Origin: Lama guanicoe
Taxonomy: Eukaryota
NCBI GenBank assembly: GCA_013239625.1
Contig: MU053513.1
Coordinates: forward strand, 144,370 to 208,369
Length of the DNA: 64,000 bases
Direction of reading: 5' to 3'
Both the position numbers and the translations under genes were made by a program. The notes beneath the pieces were generated by a model. The model worked only from the letters and a program-made list of their open reading frames with translations, made no database searches and was not told the DNA's origin. Position 1 is the stretch's first letter, and each line of letters starts with the position of its first letter. Below are positions 53,716-64,000 of this stretch, one piece after another.

Positions 53716-54460
53716 TTTATTTAAATATCTATATAGTTTGGAAGGTCACTTTCCATTTACAGTTATTACGAAATATATTATAAAATATAATATTTGTAAT
53801 ATAATGTAATTATATAATGTACAACTTATAAAGTAATATATTACAAAATATTACAGTTAATACAAAATATATTCCCCACATTGTACAATACATCCTTCAG
53901 CTTATCTTTATCCAATAGTCTGTACCCCTCATTCCTCCACCTCTATATTGCCCCCCCACCACTGGTAACCTCTAGTTTGCTCTCTGTATCTGTGAGTCTG
54001 CTTCTTTCTTGTCATATCCACTAGTTTGTTGTATTTTTCAGATTCCATGTAAGTGATGTCATGCATGCCTTTCTCTGACTTATTTCACTTAGCACAGTGC
54101 CCTCCAAGTCCAGCCGTGTTGCTGCAAATGACAAAATTCCAGTCTTTTTATGGCTGAATAGTATTCGTATCTATTCATAATAGTATTCAGATATATCTCA
54201 CATCTTCTTTATCCATTCATCTGTTGATAGATGGACACTTAGATTGATAGATGGACACTCCATACCTCGACAATTGTAAATAATGCTGCTATGAACGTTG
54301 GGGCACACCTATTTTTTCAAATTAGTGTTTATGTTTTTTTCAGACTTATACCCAGGAGTGGAATTGCTGGATCATATAGTAATTCTATTTTTAATTTTTT
54401 GAGGAACCTCCATAGTGTTTTCCACAATGCCTACACCAATTTACATTCCAACAGTGTACA
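53716..54460 (-). mobile_element. Cetartiodactyl-type L1 3' end nested in the preceding L1
   Basis: ccatttacagttattac...attccccacattgtacaatacatcc...cactggtaacctctagtttgctctctgtatctgtgagtctg...atacccaggagtggaattgctggatc. Confidence 0.8.
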
Positions 54461-55745
54461 AAATTCATTCTTAGTGTATAGAAATGTGAAAGATTTTTGT
54501 GTATTGATTTTGAATCCTGCATCTTTACTGAATTTGTTCATTATTCTAATAATTTTTTGATGGTGTCCTTAGGGTTTTCTATATGTCATATAATTTTAGA
54601 TATATTGTGTCACTCCCTTCTGGCCGGCAGTTTCTGCTGAAAAAGCTGCTAGGTTTCCCTTCCTCTCTTTTCTCCTTTTGGGAGCCTTATGAAGCTAATG
54701 ATCGTCTAGTCAGTTTATTTGATGCAGTCCATAAGTCCCTTAAGCTATCTTTAATGTAATTTTTTTTCCTTTTTGCTGCTCTGATTGGTTGAGTTCCACT
54801 GCCTTGTCTCTGAGTATACCGATTCTTTCTCCTGCTTCATCTACTCTGCTGTTCAATCACTCAAGTGTGTATGTCCATTCAGTTATTGCATTTTTTGTCT
54901 CCATGACTTCGATTTGGTAGTTTCTTATATTGCCCATCTCTTTGTTGGATTGCTCCCTGTGTTTATCGATTCTTCTCTACAGTTTGGTGGTTACCTTTAT
55001 TATCATTACTTAACTTTATCAGGTAAACTCATTCTCTCCACTTCATTAAGTATTTTTTTCCCCGGAGGTTATATCTCCATCTCTTATTTGGAACGTATTC
55101 TTTTGTTTCTTTATTTTGTGTGACTTTCTGCATTGGTTTCTATTCCAGTACGTGAAGCAACCACCTTTCTCAGTCTCAGAGTGGCCTTGTATAGGAGATA
55201 AATTGGTCATTCAACCTTTCCTCAGCTCCTGCTTATCTCTTAAATCTCTGTGTTTGTCCTAAAAGTCTATTATTTTTTTTTATAGCTTCTAGTAGTTGAG
55301 GCTATGCCAAGACCTATCAGTTTCCAAAAGGGTAGGATCCTAGCACCTTAGATTTAGGCTGATGGAAGCCAGACCCTCAGGAAACAGCTTTTTAAGTATG
55401 CAAATATATACAGTCCAAATATATCCAGGTGACCTGGAGGTGTCCCCTGAGCAGCTGTCATAGAAATCAAGGCTGCAGAAGAATGCATTAGCTTTTTCCT
55501 GGGTAACACCCATGGAGCAGGGCAGAGGGAGAGTATCAAGACGCCATCCTTGGAGGATGCTCCTTGAGAGCAGGTCCAGCTCAACAGGTAACTGAATGTG
55601 CATCAGACCAGAAGCCTGCCCCCCAGAGCTCCAGGACAAGCACAAAGGGCCTTTCACAGAAAGACTGGGGAGTGTGCCCTGTTCCCCTGTCTGTGCAGTG
55701 CCCTGGGGGTGGTAGCCTGCCAAGAACTGTCTCTCTATTTGCCAC
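54460..55745 (-). mobile_element. L1 ORF2 piece, ORF1 and 5'UTR remnants (internally deleted)
   Basis: tgtcactcccttctggccggcagtttctgctgaaaa and ttctcctgcttcatctactctgctgtt are antisense ORF1 hallmarks; GC-richer UTR-like end. Confidence 0.65.
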
Positions 55746-57344
55746 AGTAAGTATTTATTTGAAATTTAGTAACGCTTTGTGAGTCTGCACAAATTTTAAC
55801 TTTGAAAGCGGAATTATTTTTCAGATTTTAAGTCATTCAAATGTGTTTTCTTATTTGGTAGTGAGCTTGTATTCTAGCCGAAGAGCTGCAGTTACAGGCT
55901 GCCAGAGTTACTCTTCGCACACTTTTTAACCATTTGATTAAATCACTATATACCTGAAAATTATTTCTACAGAGGGATTAAAAATTAGACAAGATAATTA
56001 TCAATTATATTTTTCTAAGAAGAAGAATTACATAGAGAAAAATATCTGTGGAGATTTTGATACACTGTTAGGTTTGCAGCAACATTTGACTCAAGGAATA
56101 CAATGAAATCAATTAGAATCATAGATTACTTAAGGATATTATTCCTTTTTAACAGATTTCAAAGGACTTTCTAATGAGTCATAACATTTGATCCTCACAA
56201 CAGCACTCTACTATGAAAAGAGAAAGATTTTCCCCTGTTTACTCTATGAGATGATTAAACCTCAGACAAATCAACTTCATAAGCAAATGCCAACAAGTAG
56301 ATACACATGCAAGTGGTCAAGTGGATTCCAGTTCTATCCTGGTCTCTGCTTAGTACTCTAGAAGCTGCTTTCCTTTTTCTAAGTGTTATGGGTTTAATGT
56401 GTCTGAATTTATATTCTATATTCTCTAAAAGTTCTACCTGCAGTGTATTGAGAGCAATTTATCAGCTCTAGCCTCCATCAGTACATGTTTGGTGAATCTG
56501 AATTTCAACTTTAACATCTTAAGATTGAAATGATCTCATTATGGAAGCTGAAAATGAAACTTAGAATCCTTCTCCTGTTTTATCTTCAACTGGGAAAAAG
56601 AACACACTAACTTCATAAGTTTTGTGGAGTATTTTTTTTCCAAATATAATAGCAATCACACTACACAGGACACATAAAATATTAACACAGGCAGAACCAA
56701 TAGCCAGAAGTCACATCTGCCAAACTTGGTGAAGTAACAGCTTTGTCTTTCAAACCAGACTAAACTCTGCAGGGGTAAAACTTATTCTGTGATAAACAGA
56801 GTCTTAAAGTGTTATGCAATTGACAAAATTTACTATGCATTTATGGTATTATGAGTTTACTGTATTTGGGTTTGTTCAAATAATTTCACGTATCTCGTAG
56901 AAATTGTATCTTACATGATGATTTAATCTAACCACAGCTGCAGCAATATAAATTATACTTAAGACTGCACTGATTGATTATAATCAGTTGTAATCATGTC
57001 TTATAATTACATTGCATTCTACAGACAGAGGCTGTTTAAGCCTGCTCAGCACTGAGCTATATAAAGAAGATTATTTGTTACTTCTGACAGTCTCAGTCAA
57101 CATTCAGAATTGCCTGCAAACAATACGTTTTATTAAATTTATTGTCCAGGCATCAAATAAGTTTCTTGATTTATCAACGGAAGTTGAAATGGAACTGCAA
57201 GCCAATCTCAAGTTTTTTAACTACTATTTACATGAAAAAAAATCTTAAAAACATTCATAATTTAGGTTATGAATTATATAGATGTATCAATTTTTTCAGG
57301 TACATTGTATTTCAAAGTATACACATTACCTACAAAATAATCAA

Positions 57345-57490
57345 GTGAAAGGTGGAGAGTATGAGAAGGTATGGATGAAACAAAATTGGCAAAATATTGA
57401 CCATTTATTAAAGCAGGATAATGGGTACAGAGATTCATTATAAAGTTCTGTTTAATGTGTATTTGCTTGACATTTCCATGATGAAAATTT
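57345..57490 (+). mobile_element. Old L1M 3' end
   Basis: atggatgaaacaaaattggcaaaatattgaccatt...ggataatgggtacagagattcattata...catttccatgatgaaaa. Confidence 0.65.
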
Positions 57491-58457
57491 ATCTATATAA
57501 ACTTTTTCTATAATAAAGCTGAACCAACATTGTCCATCTAAGCATGTCATATCAATATGCAGTGGTGATAAAAGTGTTCTTTAACATTTAAATATCTAAG
57601 TTGCTGTGTTTATTTCTTAGATAAACATGTTACCTTTAAGTTCCCAAAACCTTAATGAACTATTTTTGAACACTCTTGATAGCATTCTACCTGAAGCCGA
57701 AGCCCCTGTTCTCTCCTTTAGCCTAACCTCTCCCATCCCTTTTTATCACGTGCCCGTTTCTCCCCTGCACTCTCAGTAAGCCGTGCAGTAGTCATGCAGC
57801 AAACGCTGTCCTACTCTGTCATCGATTCTTTATTATTACAGATGATTATCCTTTGGACAATTAACTGCAGTTTCCACAAGAAACTCATTAACATTATGAA
57901 CAAGTTGCACAGAATTGTCAGGCAAGGCTCCTTCAGATTAGAATTCTACCTGTATTAAAGCAAAAGGAAAGTTGAAAAGATAAGATTTTAGATTTAGATT
58001 TTAGATTACTGACTATTTAAACAAATTTCTTTAGATTTTTGGCAACTTACTTAACCTTCTTAGATTTAATGGTTTTATCTTTGTGTGTCTGGATATAGAG
58101 AGTATAAACCCATATGGTAAAAGTTTGATCTGTAAAGTTAATGTGGATCAAATATTTGTTGTCTCTGATTTTCAATCCACATGCACTTGAAAGAGGACTG
58201 GACTATGGTTCGACGATTCCTTTCTGGAACCAAAAAGTAGTGCTGGTCTAGAGCAGGCTCATAAATACTAACATTTTAACAAGTCTTTGGACTTCCCTTC
58301 ATTGCTTTTAAAACAGGATGACAATTAGGTCTTTTTCTTGATGTGGTATTTTCCCTCAGGTTTCAAAACTGAAAACAATTTCATACGTTCATATAGTCAA
58401 AAGAGAACAATTAGAATTCATGTGCCCTGTGGGCTAAGATATAACCCCAAGCTAATC

Positions 58458-59814
58458 TGTCACCATATAAAAGGGAAGAACAAATCTGACTCCATATTAG
58501 ATCTGTTCTTTTTGCTCCAACACTGCGCTCTGTTTCCTGGGCTCAGTCATGCTGGTTCTGCACCTTTTGTAAAAGAATGTCACCTATGGCCTGAAATATT
58601 CGGTAACATAGGGCTGTGCTTATTGCAAAATATCAATAGTCAGAACTACGCCTATGGCCTGAAATATACAGGAGAGCCCATTCTCGTAGCTCTGACCTTT
58701 AATGGTGTAACACTTTCCCTTCATAAAGAAAGAAAAAGTTGCAGGACAGAGAATAACATTTGTCTTGTGGGGGGTTTACAGGAACATCATGACCTGACTT
58801 ACATGGACAGCTGCAAGAGCTAAGGATTCTGTTACTAAGAAGTTTTCAACAATTAACCACACCCCTCCCCTTCTGAGTATAAAAAGAGCTTGAATTCTGA
58901 CTCGGATAAGAAGATTCTCTAGGATATTAATCATGCATCTTCTTGGTCTGCTTCCTGAATAAAGTCATTATTCATTGTCCCCAGTACCTCATCTCCCAAT
59001 TTATTGGCTTGTTATGTGGCAAGTAGAATGAGTTTGGGCTCAGTAACAACCATAGCATCTCAACCCCCTTTACCATACGGAGGAGGCCAGATTCATCAGG
59101 AGCGAGGAGACTGGCATGAAGAGAGTCACTAGAGACTGGGGCTTCTCCGTACTTTTCTTGTGGTAAAGAGAAGGAGGGCTCTACTTCCCACTCTGACTCA
59201 GGCAAGGAGCATTTCAAGAGTTTGTAGATCACAGAGACCGGTGGCTGACACAATACTGGAAAAATATAAGGGAGAGAAGGTTGTAATATTTGCCTGCGAT
59301 AACAGATGGATAGCAGGGAAAAGCAGGTGCACGTGTATAGAAAGCATGCATTGTTTTTCTCTAGGATACCATAGAAACCAAGGAAGATGAGCACATGGGA
59401 GGAATCTGAAAGGACCCAAGAAGAATGAGTAGCTAGCGTGGTATACACATAGAAAGGGACAATGCCACTCAGCTAAGCAGGCATTGAGAAGCCCTTAAAA
59501 GGGGAAAAGTAGGGCTGATCCTTGAAAAACTAATAACATTTTTCCTAAAGGGAAACACTCACTTTTGGGGCTCTGCCCCTCCAGGAATCTCATTATCCGG
59601 TTACAACAGCACCGACTACAAGAGATTGCCCCTGTTGCACTCAGGGCATGCCCCATCAGGAGGGGAGGTAGACAGGGAAGAGGAAAGAGAGCCAGCTTTC
59701 TTCTCCACCATTGTTTTTCATAACCTGGGTGAGACCTGAGCTGTAAGAAGAAAGGGCCTGGGTTGAGCAGAGAAGGAAGAGAGAATTTAAACTTGGAGTT
59801 GGTGATTTGTGACA
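58458..59814 (-). mobile_element. Outer solo LTR (family not recognised) containing a nested LTR
   Basis: Inverted termini tgtcac / gtgaca; near-TSD aatc/attc; strand tentative. Confidence 0.65.
58466..59048 (+). mobile_element. ERV1 solo LTR (MER41-like), full length
   Basis: tataaaagggaagaac (decayed tgtaa...) to gggctcagtaaca; TATA tataaaa ~58878, aataaa ~58958; 4-bp TSD acca at 58462-58465 and 59049-59052. Confidence 0.85.
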
Positions 59815-62044
59815 ATTCGGTAACATAGGGCTGTGCTTATTGCAAAATATCAATAGTCAGAACTATGAGAGTAGTCATCCCCTTGACATCTAAAAATAGA
59901 AAAACACTATCAGTTTTCTTCCATTTTTTTCTCCTACAAGGAATTTTTTCTCCAAGAATGTATTTGTGATCTTTTGAGACTTGTGAAGGAATAAAAAATC
60001 ATGTCAAGAAAAAGGAGATTTGGAAGAACAGTGCATGGCCATAGAAAGGAGACCCAAATCGGATGTTTACCATGACCATAATGAGTTGTTTCCTCATTTT
60101 TTCTCATAATTGTTTCAATGATCAGGAAGAATATACCTCCTCCAAAATTAAATTAAATTAGAATAAAATAAAGAAAAGGAAAAATGCAAGCTTACAAAAC
60201 TCAACCACCAATGAGATCTTCATCTCCATCTGCTCCAGATAACCGGTTCTCAGAAATTCTTCAGAGTTAAAATAAGGATAAGAGTAATAATTTTGAGGTG
60301 TGACTCTGGTGTTCTTGACATTGTGAAAATGTGGCAGGTAGATTGATACTAAATTGCTAAAGCTAGTAAAGGAGTCTCCAGCTGTATGATACACTTTTTT
60401 GGAAGAATTAAACCAAGAAAGTTAAGAAAAATGTGAGTGCGTTGTAGTAACATATAGAAAATACAGTATGAAATCTTAGGTTATATTCAACACACTTCAG
60501 TATGTTTTAACTGAATTGATCAATCACTAACGTGTTACATGTCAGTCATAAAGTAATTACTAAACTCCCTTTGTAACAGTTTTCTTGATTAACTCAACTA
60601 TCAAAAATAGAGATCACAATCAAGTCACAGAAAAAAAGTAGATGTGAGATTGACATTTTGACATTAAACAGGTTGGACTAAAGACTGAGAGTGGGACTGT
60701 CTATAATAGAGTAAATTAATATGCAAAATTTGGCATCTGCTATAGGTTTCATTAGTGATGGGAAACATCAGGCTCACGGAATTTTAGATTTTATTGATAC
60801 TAGTTTATTTATAAACCAGATGTGCACACATATGTATTTTGATCTCAGCAGATGTTTAATAGAAAATGCAGCACTTTAAAACTGATCAAGGAATATGTTA
60901 ATAATTAGAGAATCACTTATTCAATTATTTACTAGATAATTATTTATTGTTAGCAATAACATGTAAAAGAGAACACTTATAAAGAACACGATGACCTCTG
61001 CCTTCAAGAGACTTGCAATTAGCAATCTAAGGTGAGCAAACAAAAAATTCTAATACAAGACAGACATTCACAAGAGGTTGTATACCATCAAATTTAATTA
61101 CATAGCTATGCTGTCTAGAGACAAATTTATAGTTGAGTTTCCATCAGAAACCTGAACTTACAGCTTTTCAGGAAGTGAAACAGTAAGAGATTTGCAGTTT
61201 CAAGTGGTTATTCATTGGCTGGTGCTATCATAGCCTAGAACTTTTCCTTGACCACGTCTATTTCCTGAAAGGATTGTTTTTGTTTTGTTTTGTTTGGGCT
61301 GCTGTTCGGACTTTTAAATTTATTATTATTATTTAAAATTTTTATGTAGGGAGGTCAAAGAGGCTCCAAGTCACATGCCAATTCTAACTGGTTAGTAGTA
61401 GCTGCCTGCACAGCTGCATAATATTATGTCCAGGTCCATCAGGAAGCAATGCTGGATCCATCAGATGTGCCTGAGAAGGAGGAGCAGCAGCACATAACAC
61501 ACAGCTCCAATCCTTGGCCTATTTGCATGACAAAATAGCCCTTCCCCAAGTCTCTTGAAATAGAGACCCCATTCAGATGTGGAACAGGTAATTACAACCA
61601 CAACATTTTCAAATGAATGGTTTAAGCAGTTCAGGTTGCTGGAGTACACATTTTGGGAAAAAAAGAACTTTTTCCCTTGGTAACTAATATAGGGGTATCT
61701 GAAATTTTAAAACCACCATTATATAATATTCTAGAAATTATTTTAAAATTTATCACAGATTTACTAAGTTGATGTTTGAAATTGTCTCATTGCTTCCAAA
61801 CAAATATCTTCGTGAAAGATATGGAACCAGAGCACAAGGGATATATCATGCATGACTAACACCATCTAAAACAGTTATCTGCTTTTTTTTTTTGCATTAT
61901 TTTATGAACTGAACTTGATACAGTACATGAAAACTTCTTTAAGCATATTGAAATGTATAATTATGGTCAAGTATTAGAAAGTCACTTTACTTTAATAAAT
62001 GATAAAAACTCATATTTTTAAGAAGTTTAAAAAAATCACTTATA

Positions 62045-62289
62045 GGGGTTGAGGAGAGGGATAAATTAGGAGTTTGGAATCAACATATTCACACTACTAT
62101 ATATCAAATAGATAAATAAGGATCTGCTATATAACGCAGGGAACTGTATTCAGTATCTTGAAATAACTTGCAATGATGAAGAATCTGAAAAAGAACATAT
62201 ACGTGTATATATGATGGAATCACTTTGCTGTACACGAGAAACTAACAAAACATTGTAAATCAACTGTACTTCAATAAAAAAAATTTTTT
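62045..62289 (+). mobile_element. Short cetartiodactyl L1 3' end (L1_Art-like) with TSD
   Basis: agggataaattaggagtttgg...gaatcactttgctgtacac...cattgtaaatcaactgtacttcaataaaa; TSD aaaatcacttata at 62032-62044 and 62290-62302. Confidence 0.9.
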
Positions 62290-62469
62290 AAAATCACTTA
62301 TAAATGAAATTAGGCAAAATTACTTGTCTTTTCAGTCTTGTAAAAAAGATCACTTCGAAATTAAAATTCCACTAGAAGGAGACAATGGAGATTAAGTTCA
62401 AAGAATAAATTTAAGTTTCTCTAGTTATATTTTAACAGTACCAACCATATCAACCTCTTAATCAATATA

Positions 62470-62700
62470 TGTCACTGTCAGACCACCTGAGTTGCAATCC
62501 CAGCTCTGTCATTTCTTGATGGAGGAACCCCCAGGCACTTTAATTTTCCTCTCCAAGCTTTAGCTTCCTTAGCTGTAAGATGCTGATACTAATACCTTCT
62601 AGGGTTGTATAGGATTAAATGGTTACTATACCTAAAGTGTTCAGACTCAGGTTCTGGCACATAATAGGGGCTTTATTAAAGTTAGCTATTATTATTAAAA
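62470..62700 (+). mobile_element. MIR SINE
   Basis: gtcagaccacctgagttgcaatcccagctctgtca...agggttgtataggattaaatg...tggcacataatag...gttagctattattatt. Confidence 0.8.
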
Positions 62701-64000
62701 TCTATGCTAGGAGACTAACACAGGTGCACAGGTACACACACAATACCAAAGTGAAAAATCACTTAATATTCTGCTTGCATAAATAAACTATATATATTTA
62801 CTTCTCAATCTATAGACTGCTCCTAGTTTTGTATAAAAATCTTGCAGAAGGGAAAAGTAATATGAATTTAATATTTTAAATATTTTACATGTAAGTAGAC
62901 ACAGTGCTACTATACTTTGTCCCTGCTGAAATTGTCACATCCCTCAATCATCTATTTGAGAGATGGTGGCAAGTAAAAACCATGGTGAGATAGGCATGAA
63001 TGAACACGGCTGTAGGCTAGACAGTCCCTGTAGAATACAAATAGAAGGTAATGCAATTATGTTTTAAAGACATTTTCATATCATTGATTTGTATCTGATA
63101 ATTTAATTACGTGTACTCTTATTGAAAGTGTTTGCATCTTGTTCTAGATATTTGTCCCTGCTTGGCACTTCATTATGCTGCTCTGACACTTTGCACTAAT
63201 CACTGGTAACTGATAGTGACATTTTCAGGCCGATTATGTTCCCAGGCAATGGTAGAAAAAGGTCTGTCCTGTGCTGTGGGCTTAGACAATACTGTACCAA
63301 GAAAAAGTGCTTTTGTTACAGTACTGGACCTATGAAGTAAGCCATCAATGATCCGGAACTATCTCATCTTTCTTGTTCCTTTCACATTGGTCTTACAGGT
63401 AGTATGGGATACTCAGAGGAACATGGGTGCTGGCATCAGGAAGCCTTCGGTTAGACTCCCAGCCAGGTAGATGCTCCCCTCTCTCATCCTAATAGAGTGA
63501 GGTACTGAAACTGTGTTAAGACTCCTTGCCCTTATCTGACTGACTGATCAGGGGGAATTCAATACAGAGGTGTGCTAAGAACTGAGAAGAACGACCTGAT
63601 TTATCTTTTACAACAATCCTACCAAACAGTTCTGGCTAAGATAGATAATTCGACATGTTCAAATGGGCTCAGTCTGATTCACTTAAAGTGGAGTGGAGAA
63701 TGGAAGTAATTCTTGTAGTTCAAGCAGAGAAAACACTTAGTCTCAACTATTTAAATATTTCAGGCCAAAGAGTTTCTTGGATCTGAATTATGAATTGTTG
63801 TTGCCCTGTGCTCCACTTTACCTCACATGTGTAAACACAGCCCAAGTGTGCAGCAACGATTTTAATGGGCTCAGTCAGGCTAGAACCCTAATGAAGCGGT
63901 TGCGAGATGAAAAACCAATAACATTTTAACTCCAAGCCAGTGCATTGAGAGAACTGAAAAATCACCTGGGAAAGATCAGCAGAACAATTAGATGGACAGA

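Noticed and set aside
54224..54259. 16-bp local duplication ttgatagatggacact
   Set aside because: Real, but an ordinary slippage-type duplication inside an L1
58583..58667. Repeat-spacer-repeat unit whose spacer matches nearby DNA (superficially CRISPR-like)
   Set aside because: Only two 17-bp repeats, mammalian LTR context, no cas-like genes; explained as a templated insertion with duplication
58338..59448. 161-aa and 158-aa ORFs
   Set aside because: They run through LTR sequence and show no gag/pol/env or host protein motifs
63361..63470. Strong plus-strand acceptor (...ggtcttacag|gtagta)
   Set aside because: Adjacent and downstream donors are weak and the putative exon looks repeat-derived

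Overview
Mammalian, AT-rich, repeat-dominated DNA from an intergenic region or long intron. A camelid (alpaca/camel-like) source is likely, inferred from a short tRNA-Ala-derived SINE, cetartiodactyl-type L1 3' ends and no recognised ruminant Bov-B/Bov-tA elements. I find no supportable host protein-coding gene. The only ORF with recognisable protein content (5014-5577) is the C-terminus of LINE-1 ORF2. The window holds L1, L2 and MIR fragments, ERV1/ERVL/MaLR solo LTRs, hAT-type MITEs, microsatellites and a full-length U6 snRNA pseudogene. I did not find a new multi-gene biological system. The most notable observations are small-scale: (i) a perfect 51-bp copy of nearby unique DNA inside an LTR between 17-bp direct repeats, with an in-window paralogue showing the ancestral state; (ii) a U6 pseudogene with a strong AT-to-GC substitution bias; (iii) a minus-strand recursive-splice-site-like motif; (iv) several nested, inverted or template-switch insertion scars. 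Repeat family names come from recalled consensus sequences, and old-repeat boundaries are approximate (tens of bp).
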